This document shows positions 57,041 to 64,000 of a stretch of 64,000 nucleotides of DNA, in pieces. How positions within the stretch are numbered: the first letter of the stretch is position 1; each line of letters begins with the position of its first letter. The notes under the pieces were generated by a model, which saw only the letters and a program-made list of their open reading frames with translations, had not been told where the DNA came from and did not search any database. Origin of the DNA: Desulfuromonadales bacterium (GTDB lineage Bacteria; Desulfobacterota; Desulfuromonadia; Desulfuromonadales; SZUA-540); NCBI GenBank assembly GCA_033549025.1, contig JAWSUS010000011.1, positions 1 through 64,000 on the forward strand, written 5' to 3'. Position numbers and translations under genes: made by a program.

Positions 57041-57784
57041 TCATGCCGCCGGCAACAGTTTGGCCGCTTTGGGGAAGAGGATATTGTTCTCCAGATGCAC
57101 GTGCTTGTGGAGGTCGTCCTCAAATTCCTTGAGCAGGCGATAGGTGACTGCGAAGGTGTTGCAGACATCGGCGGGGATCGTGTAGTCGCCAGCCAGACGC
57201 CGGATTTCGTGGGTCGCTTCGCCAATGGCCTCGTGGTCGCGGTGGAGGGTCTCCAGCGTCCGTCGTAGGAGACTGGCATCCTCTATGGTCGGTGCGGTGC
57301 CGGCCCGGTGGGCGGCTTCGATGCGTTTGATGGCGGGAAAGAAGACCTCTTCCTCTTCGCGCAGGTGCTCCACCATGTCGGCGGCGATGCCGTCGAAAAG
57401 GGTGGCGATGCGAACCACCTCGGGGTGGTGTTCGCCGTGGACCTCGGCGATCTTGTGGGCGTAGGCGGCGATCTGACCCAGATTGTCGTTGAGCCAGGCA
57501 TGGTGGGTGTTGACGATATAATCGGCCAGAAAGGCCAGATCCCAGGCGGCGTAGTTTTCGTGCCCGCTAGTCGCCGTTTCTTTGGCTGCCTTGAGTTCAC
57601 GAAGGAGGTCGTCGGGGTCGAGACCCTTGTCGCGGGCGGCGTTGCCCAGGGTCACCTGGCCGCCGCAGCAGAAGTCGATGCCGTGTTTCTCGAAGACGGC
57701 AGCGTTCCGGTAATCCTCAGCGACCAGGTCGCCAATGGTCTGTTCCAAACGGTTTTGATTCGGTGTTGTAGTCTTGGTTGTCAT
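57041..57784 (-). CDS. ric: Iron-sulfur cluster repair di-iron protein (YtfE/DnrN/ScdA)
   Basis: IDFCCGG, HH, H..EE..FP, H.HLENNILFP. Confidence 0.96.
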   Translation of the reverse strand: MTTKTTTPNQNRLEQTIGDLVAEDYRNAAVFEKHGIDFCCGGQVTLGNAARDKGLDPDDLLRELKAAKETATSGHENYAAWDLAFLADYIVNTHHAWLNDNLGQIAAYAHKIAEVHGEHHPEVVRIATLFDGIAADMVEHLREEEEVFFPAIKRIEAAHRAGTAPTIEDASLLRRTLETLHRDHEAIGEATHEIRRLAGDYTIPADVCNTFAVTYRLLKEFEDDLHKHVHLENNILFPKAAKLLPAA

Positions 57785-57861
57785 AGGTCACCTCTGCTTT
57801 CTGAAAAACGCCAGAATGCGTGTTTGTGAAGAAAAGGCGCTGTAGAAAAAAATTTAACACA

Positions 57862-57892
57862 AAGACCCGGGTCAGAAATTGACCCGGGTCAA
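57862..57892. promoter_or_regulatory. Tandem Crp/Fnr (HcpR-type) boxes upstream of ric
   Basis: TTGACCCGGGTCAA 57879-57892 plus a degenerate copy AAGACCCGGGTCAG 57862-57875. Confidence 0.8.
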
Positions 57893-57949
57893 AGAGAAAC
57901 CTTTTCTTTACTAATATACCAGGAAATTGTCGAAAGGTCGGAAATTCGG

Positions 57950-60900
57950 CTAGTCGTCGCCGTCCCGGGTCGGTGTTGGATTCTTGTCCAGGCCGCGACC
58001 GCGCCAGAGGAAGAAGATGACGGGGTAGACCAGCATCTCCAGAGCCAGGGAGGTGACCGAGCCGCCGACCATGGGGGCGGCGATACGCTTCATGACGTCG
58101 GCGCCGGCGCCGGTGCTCCACATGATGGGGAAGAGGCCGGCGATGATGGTGACCACGGTCATCACCTTGGGGCGGATCCGTTTGACGGCGCCGTGGTGGA
58201 TGGCCTGCTTGAGGTCGCCTACGTTGAGCATGCGGCCTTCGTCCGTCCATTTTTTGTGGGCGAGGTCGAGATAGAGGAGCATGACCACGCCCGTTTCGGC
58301 GTCGAGGCCGGCGAGGGCGATGAGGCCGACCCAGACGCCGATGGACATATTGTAGTCGAGCAGATAGAGCAGCCAGAAGGCGCCGACCAGCGAAAAGGGG
58401 ACCGCCATGAAGACGATGGCCGTTTTAACGGCCGAATGGGTGCTCATGTAGATGATGACGAAGATGATCAGCAACGTCAGCGGGATGATGACCAGCAGGC
58501 GGGCCCGGGTCGACTCGATGTACTCGTACTGGCCGCTCCAGACGATGTTGTAACCGGTGGGCAGACTGATGTTGTCGGCCACGGCCTTTTGGGCGTTCTC
58601 CACGTAGGTGCCGAGATCGATCCCCTTGATATCGACGTAGACCCAGGCCGTGCGCCGGGAGTTCTCCGTCTTGATGCTGTCGGGGTCGTTGCGCACGGTG
58701 ATGGTCGCCAGCTGCTCCAGGGGGATGTGGGCCCCTGTCGGTGAGGGGATAAGGAGCTGCCTGAGGGCGGGAATATCACTGCGGAAGTCGCGGTCGTAGC
58801 GCAGGCTGATGGGGTAGCGCTCCAGCCCTTCGACGGTCTGGGTGATGGTCATGCCGCCCAGAGCCGACTGGATGACGGTCTGGATGTCCCCCACCTGAAT
58901 ACCGTAGCGGGCGGCGGCGAGGCGGTCGATGTCGAAATCGAGGAAATAGCCGCCAACGGTGCGTTCGGAGATGGCCGAAAGGGTTCCCTTGAGGGGGCGT
59001 ACGACCGCTTCGACCTCCTGACCCAGACGATTCAGCACTTCCAGGTCGGGACCCATGATCTTGATGCCGACGGGGGTCTTGATGCCGGTGGAGAGCATGT
59101 CGATGCGGGTCTTGATAGGCATGGTCCAGGCGTTGGTCAGGCCAGGAAACTGCACGGCGTTGTTGAGCTGCTCCGTCAGTTCGGCCACGGAGATCTTGCG
59201 TTTCTCCGGCAGCAGCCAGCGCAGGGGAATCTTGAGTGGCTCGCTCCACTGCGGCCAGTCGCTGTAGAAGCGGTGGTTCGGCATGTCCCGCCAGTCCGCG
59301 TCATCTTTGAGCATGATGGTGGTCTCGATCATCATCATCGGTGCCGGATCGGTGGCGGTCTCCGCCCGGCCGATCTTGCCGAAAACCGTCTCCACTTCAG
59401 GGAACTGGCGGATAATACGGTCGGTCTGCTGCAACAGCTCCTTGGCCTTGGTCACCGACAGGCCCGGCAGGGTGGTGGGCATGTAGAGCAGATCCCCCTC
59501 GTACAGGGGCGGCATGAACTCCGTCCCCATCTTACTCAGGGGGTAGCTGATGGAAACGACCAGCAGCAGAGCCACCAGCAGCGTCGTCTTGCGCCAGCGC
59601 AGCACCAGGTCGACCACGGGGTGGTAGAGGGCGATGAGCAGGCGATTGATGGGATTGCGCTCTTCCGAGCGGATCTTGCCGCGGATGAGCCAGAGCATGA
59701 GTACGGGGACGATGGTGATGGAAAGGAGCGCCGCCGCCGCCATGGAGTAGGTCTTGGTGAAGGCCAGGGGCTTGAACATCCGGCCCGCCTGCTCCTGCAG
59801 GGTGAAGACCGGCGCGAAGGAGACGGTGATGACCAGCAGGGCGAAGAAGATGGTGGGCCCAACCTCCTTCGCCGCCTCGATAATGGCCTCCCGCCGCGAC
59901 CTCCCCCCTTTTTCCAGATGCTTGTGGGCGTTCTCCACCATGATGATGGCCGAGTCGACCATGGTGCCGATGGCGATGGCGATCCCGCCCAGGCTCATGA
60001 TGTTCACGTTGATCCCCTGGGCGTACATGATGATGAAAGCCATGAGGATGGCCACGGGCAGGGCCAGAATGACCACGATGGCGCTGGGTAGATGAAAGAG
60101 GAAGAGGATGATGACCAGGCCGACGACGAGGCTCTCCTCCAGCAGCTTCTCCTTGAGGTTGGAGGTGGCGCGCTCGATCAGGCCGGAGCGGTCGTAGACG
60201 GGGATGACCTCCACCCCTTCGGGCAGGCCAGCCTTGAGCTCCTCCAGCTTGCGTTTGACGTTGTCGATGGTCTTGAGGGCGTTTTCGCCGTAGCGCATGA
60301 CGATGATGCCGCCGACGGTCTCCCCCTCACCGTCAAGGTCAGCGACGCCCCGCCGCATCTCGGGCCCGAGGCGCACGTCGGCGATATCCCGCAGCAGGAC
60401 GGGGGTGCCGCGCTCCGTCGTCATGATGACCACGTTCTGCAGATCCTGCAGGTTCTGGATATAACCACGGCTACGGATCATGAACTCCGTCTCCGCCATT
60501 TCGATGGCGCCGCCGCCGACATCGAGATTGCTGTTCTTGATGGCCATCTCGACCATGGGCAGCGTGATATCAAAGGCGCGCAGACGATTGGGATCGACGG
60601 CTACCTGGTACTGCTTGACGAAGCCGCCGAGGCTGGCCACCTCGGCGACGCCTTCCACCGAGGTCAGCTCATAGCGCAGGAACCAGTCCTGGATGGAGCG
60701 CAGCTCCTGCAGGTTGTGGCGGTCGCTGACCAGGGCGTATTCGTAGACCCAGCCGACACCGGTGGCGTCGGGACCCAATGTCGGTGTCACCCCCTCGGGG
60801 AGCCGCCCGGAGACGTAGTTGAGATATTCCAGGACGCGGGAGCGGGCCCAGTAGATGTCGGTGCCGTCCTCGAAGATGATGTAGACGAAGGAATAGCCGA

Positions 60901-61165
60901 AGAAGGAATAGCCGCGCACGACCTTGGCGCCGGGAACGGCCAGCATCTGGGTGGTCAGCGGGTAGGTGACCTGGTCCTCCACCACCTGCGGGGCCTGGCC
61001 GGGATAGTCGGTGAAGATGATCACCTGCACATCCGAGAGGTCCGGAATGGCGTCGATGGGGATGTTGCGCAGGGAGTAGATCCCGCCGACGATAAGGAAG
61101 ACGGTGGCCAGAACGACCACGAAGGTGTTGCGTATCGACCATTCGATTATTTTTTCAAGCATCAC
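57950..61165 (-). CDS. cusA: CusA/CzcA heavy-metal RND permease
   Basis: DAIPDLSD, MVD.AI.MVEN, EFMP.L.EG, PMMM.E, WTMPIK.RIDM. Confidence 0.93.
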   Translation of the reverse strand: MMLEKIIEWSIRNTFVVVLATVFLIVGGIYSLRNIPIDAIPDLSDVQVIIFTDYPGQAPQVVEDQVTYPLTTQMLAVPGAKVVRGYSFFGYSFVYIIFEDGTDIYWARSRVLEYLNYVSGRLPEGVTPTLGPDATGVGWVYEYALVSDRHNLQELRSIQDWFLRYELTSVEGVAEVASLGGFVKQYQVAVDPNRLRAFDITLPMVEMAIKNSNLDVGGGAIEMAETEFMIRSRGYIQNLQDLQNVVIMTTERGTPVLLRDIADVRLGPEMRRGVADLDGEGETVGGIIVMRYGENALKTIDNVKRKLEELKAGLPEGVEVIPVYDRSGLIERATSNLKEKLLEESLVVGLVIILFLFHLPSAIVVILALPVAILMAFIIMYAQGINVNIMSLGGIAIAIGTMVDSAIIMVENAHKHLEKGGRSRREAIIEAAKEVGPTIFFALLVITVSFAPVFTLQEQAGRMFKPLAFTKTYSMAAAALLSITIVPVLMLWLIRGKIRSEERNPINRLLIALYHPVVDLVLRWRKTTLLVALLLVVSISYPLSKMGTEFMPPLYEGDLLYMPTTLPGLSVTKAKELLQQTDRIIRQFPEVETVFGKIGRAETATDPAPMMMIETTIMLKDDADWRDMPNHRFYSDWPQWSEPLKIPLRWLLPEKRKISVAELTEQLNNAVQFPGLTNAWTMPIKTRIDMLSTGIKTPVGIKIMGPDLEVLNRLGQEVEAVVRPLKGTLSAISERTVGGYFLDFDIDRLAAARYGIQVGDIQTVIQSALGGMTITQTVEGLERYPISLRYDRDFRSDIPALRQLLIPSPTGAHIPLEQLATITVRNDPDSIKTENSRRTAWVYVDIKGIDLGTYVENAQKAVADNISLPTGYNIVWSGQYEYIESTRARLLVIIPLTLLIIFVIIYMSTHSAVKTAIVFMAVPFSLVGAFWLLYLLDYNMSIGVWVGLIALAGLDAETGVVMLLYLDLAHKKWTDEGRMLNVGDLKQAIHHGAVKRIRPKVMTVVTIIAGLFPIMWSTGAGADVMKRIAAPMVGGSVTSLALEMLVYPVIFFLWRGRGLDKNPTPTRDGDD

Positions 61166-61249
61166 AGTATCCTGACAGCGTTGAAAGTGGGGGGTGAGGC
61201 GTGCCGGAAGGCGTTTTTCCGTGTCCGCCGCACCCGAATTGCCGGTTCG

Positions 61250-62713
61250 CTAGAACAGGTCCTCCAGGTCTTCCTCAGGGTGCTCGGTGGGCTGCGCCGC
61301 CGGGCTGGCGGGGGCCTTGGGGGCCATCATCTTCTGGATGGCCTCGCGCAGCTTGCTCTCCGAGTCGAGCATGAACTGGGCCGAGGTGACGACCTGCTCT
61401 CCCTGCTGGAGGCCGGCAAGAATCTGCACCTGGCCGTCTTCCCCCTGGATTCCCGTCTGCACCTCGCGCGGCTCGAAGCGGCCCTCACCGAGGGCGACGA
61501 AGACATGCTGCCGGGTGCCGGAGGTGAGAACGGCATCGACGGGGATGAGGAGGACGTCCTTGGAGGCCTGGGTGTGGAGGCGCACGTTGACGAACATTTC
61601 CGGCTTTAACTCCAGACCGGGGTTGGGCAGCTCGATGCGCACCTGTACGGTGCGGCTCATCGGATCGACGGTGGGGTAGATGTAGGCGATTGTGCCAGTC
61701 AGCGTGCGGTTGCCGGCGTGGGGAACTTCTACCGTGACCGTCTGCCCCTCTTTCACCCAGGGGAGCTGGTATTCGTACAGGTCGGCCAGCACCCAGATGC
61801 GGCTCAAGTCGGTGAGCTGCATCAGCTCCATCCCCGGTTTCAGGCTCATTCCCTCCACCGCCTTTTTATCGCTGACGATGCCGCTGACGGGTGCGTACAG
61901 GGTCAGGGTCTTGCGGATCTCGCCGCTCTTCTCCAGTTGCTCGATCTGGCGGGCGCTGATGTCCCAGTAGCTTAGGCGCTGACGGGCGGCGCTCAGCAGG
62001 CGGTCGCTGCCAGCGCCGAGGTCGGCGACAGGGCTTTTTGCCAGGTCGGCCTGGTGGCGAAGGGCCAGCAGGTACTCCTGCTGGGCGGCGACCAGCTCGG
62101 GACTGTAAATCTCCAGCAGGGGCTGTCCCTTTTGGACCAGCTGTCCCGTCTGGTTGACGTACAGGCGTTCGATCCAGCCGCCGATCTTGCTGTTGACGGC
62201 GTATTGAGACGATTCCTCATAGCTGATACGGCCGACGGTGCGCACCTCACGGTGCAGGTCGCCGCGGCTGACGGTGGCGGTGCGCACCCCCATGTTCTGG
62301 GTGGTGACGGGGTCTATGGAGATGGCGCTGCCGCCGGCGCCGTCCTCATAGACGGGAACGAGATCGTGCCCCATGTAGTCCTGGCCGGGCTCGTCGCGGA
62401 CATAGGCCGGATCCATAGGCGAGGCCCAGTGGATGATCTTGGCAGGTCCGCTCGCAGCCTGCGAGTCGCCCCCCGTGCCGGGCTTGAGGGGGGTCAGATC
62501 CATGGCGCAGATGGGGCAGATGCCCGGCTCATCCTGGATGATGAAGGGGTGCATGCCGCAGGTGTACTGCACCTTTTCCCCGGCGGCCGTCGCCGTCGTC
62601 GTCTCGTGGTCATGGTCGTCGTGGTTGCCGGAGCGCCCCCAGAAATAGCCGCCGCCGAGAGCGACGATCAGCAGCAGGGCGATCAGGGGAGACTTCATAT
62701 TTCTTTTGCTCAT
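61250..62713 (-). CDS. cusB: CusB-type membrane fusion protein with heavy-metal-binding domains
   Basis: His-rich linker, YTCGMHP..CPIC.M, SPMDP, YSPEL..AQQE. Confidence 0.9.
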   Translation of the reverse strand: MSKRNMKSPLIALLLIVALGGGYFWGRSGNHDDHDHETTTATAAGEKVQYTCGMHPFIIQDEPGICPICAMDLTPLKPGTGGDSQAASGPAKIIHWASPMDPAYVRDEPGQDYMGHDLVPVYEDGAGGSAISIDPVTTQNMGVRTATVSRGDLHREVRTVGRISYEESSQYAVNSKIGGWIERLYVNQTGQLVQKGQPLLEIYSPELVAAQQEYLLALRHQADLAKSPVADLGAGSDRLLSAARQRLSYWDISARQIEQLEKSGEIRKTLTLYAPVSGIVSDKKAVEGMSLKPGMELMQLTDLSRIWVLADLYEYQLPWVKEGQTVTVEVPHAGNRTLTGTIAYIYPTVDPMSRTVQVRIELPNPGLELKPEMFVNVRLHTQASKDVLLIPVDAVLTSGTRQHVFVALGEGRFEPREVQTGIQGEDGQVQILAGLQQGEQVVTSAQFMLDSESKLREAIQKMMAPKAPASPAAQPTEHPEEDLEDLF

Positions 62714-62737
62714 GTCAGAACCTCTTCTAAGGGGCGC

Positions 62738-64000
62738 TTATTTTGTTAAATCCGTACCGACCAGGGCTTCGAGCTGGGCCAGGCTCAGGCGATAGTCGGC
62801 CATGGTCTGATAAAGTTGGCGTTCATCGTTGAACAGGGTGGTCAGGCTGTTGAGCATCCGGGAAAAATCGACCTGGTTGTTGCTGTAGGCGATCTGGGCC
62901 GATTCAAAGGCGTGAGTCGATTGGGGGAGAATGCCGCCACGGTAGAGTTCCAGCAGGCGGCCGGCACGATCGAGCTTGGCGAGCAGGTCGGCAATGCCCC
63001 CGTCGATGGCGTTGCGCAGGTCATGCAGTTCGGCCTGGGCCGTGGCCTTCTGGGCCTGGGCCTCGGCTACCCGAGCCTGCCGGCGCTCGCGCCAGACGGG
63101 CAGATTGAAGGAGACGGCGGCGCTGTACATGTCGTCTCCATCACCGCCCATGGCGGGTTCACGCTGCATGTATTCGAGGGAAAGGGTGAAGTCGGGGTAG
63201 AAGGCCTTTTGGGCCAGAGCCTCCTCCGTTTTGCCCTTGTCGATCTGCGCGGTCAGACCGGCGAGAAGAGGCCGCTTTTCCTCGGCCAGACGCCGGAGTT
63301 CGTCGGCTCCATAGGGCACGGGCGGGGTGTCGAGGTCGGCGATGCGTCCGATGGGGGTGTCGGCGGGGCGGGCGAGGAGGCGGTTGAGGTTCGCCTGCAG
63401 GCTGCGCCGCTGCTGGTCAAGACCTATCCGCGCTTCCAGCAGGCGGGAGCGTTCCACCTGGGCCCGAAGCACATCCTGCTGGCGTCCTTCACCGACGCCG
63501 TAGCGGGTTTCGGCGGCCCGAATCACCGTTTCCATCACCTGGAGATTGCGGGTCAGGATATCCTGAGCCTTGTCGACCAGAAAGAGGCGGGCGTAAACTT
63601 CTTTCACCAGAGCGGCCAGGGCCAGTTTGCGCTCCTCGTGGCGGGCCTGGGCAGAGACCGCTTCCAGGCTGGCGGCTTCTCGGGCCAGCGCGCGTTTGCC
63701 AAAGAAGGGGAGTTTTTGGCTGAGGCCGATCACCTTGGACGTCATGCCATCCTGATCAAAGGCGAAGGGATCGCTCACCAGGCCGTTGCTGATCCCCAGC
63801 ATCAGCATGGGGTCATCCAGGCTGCCGGCCTGCCGGGCTTTTTGCAGGAAGGTCTGCCACTGGGCCTCCGAGGCTTCGATGGAAGGGTTGCGGCTGACCG
63901 CCTCCTGCATCAGGGCGGGCAGATCGGGCGCCGGTGGATCGGTGCCCCAGGCCCTTGTCCCCAAAAGGAGGAAAAAGAGAACCATTCCGGTCAAAAGCTG
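62738..64000 (-). CDS. TolC/CusC-type outer membrane efflux protein; 5' end probably beyond the window
   Basis: NP...A, SQKLPF.GKR, YPDF, Met-rich loops; upstream of cusB. Confidence 0.88.
   Translation of the reverse strand, partial: QLLTGMVLFFLLLGTRAWGTDPPAPDLPALMQEAVSRNPSIEASEAQWQTFLQKARQAGSLDDPMLMLGISNGLVSDPFAFDQDGMTSKVIGLSQKLPFFGKRALAREAASLEAVSAQARHEERKLALAALVKEVYARLFLVDKAQDILTRNLQVMETVIRAAETRYGVGEGRQQDVLRAQVERSRLLEARIGLDQQRRSLQANLNRLLARPADTPIGRIADLDTPPVPYGADELRRLAEEKRPLLAGLTAQIDKGKTEEALAQKAFYPDFTLSLEYMQREPAMGGDGDDMYSAAVSFNLPVWRERRQARVAEAQAQKATAQAELHDLRNAIDGGIADLLAKLDRAGRLLELYRGGILPQSTHAFESAQIAYSNNQVDFSRMLNSLTTLFNDERQLYQTMADYRLSLAQLEALVGTDLTK

Noticed and set aside
44640..64000. nar-cus block as a mobile genomic island
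   Set aside because: No integrase, tRNA, direct repeats or obvious compositional shift are visible in the window.

Overview
Origin-of-replication region of a GC-rich deltaproteobacterium, most likely Desulfuromonadales (inferred from gene order and protein style). Left edge: a class C (IIC) group II intron on the minus strand, inserted just downstream of a gntR terminator. Its reverse transcriptase is cut right after the YADD motif by the end of an IS481-like element. Core genes follow: gntR, a TIM-barrel protein, dinB, atpF'FHAGDC, bactofilin, parB/parA, rsmG/mnmG/mnmE with a perfect parS, yidC/yidD/rnpA/rpmH, then dnaA-oriC-dnaN-recF-gyrB-gyrA in a strikingly AT-rich trough. Next come gpsA, a cyclophilin, a degenerate EEP protein, nth, PBP1A, a dihaem cytochrome c, pyk, queC, folE2, a CofC-like transferase and tol-pal. 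The right third is an accessory nitrate/nitrosative/metal block: narC-G-H-J-I-K, a PAS protein, a ligand-less ferritin-like protein, a small membrane protein, a Tet(K/L)-like MFS and DUF488. These converge on ric plus a secreted His-Cys-Asp-N-terminus protein, followed by a CusCBA-type RND pump. The best non-obvious signals are: matching TTGAC-N4-GTCAA boxes at both ends of the nitrate block, a 15-bp operator shared by gntR and the atp operon, a triple DnaA-box cluster about 17 kb from oriC, and the candidate Ni-hook-like metalloprotein next to ric. All calls come from reading the sequence; no database searches were run.
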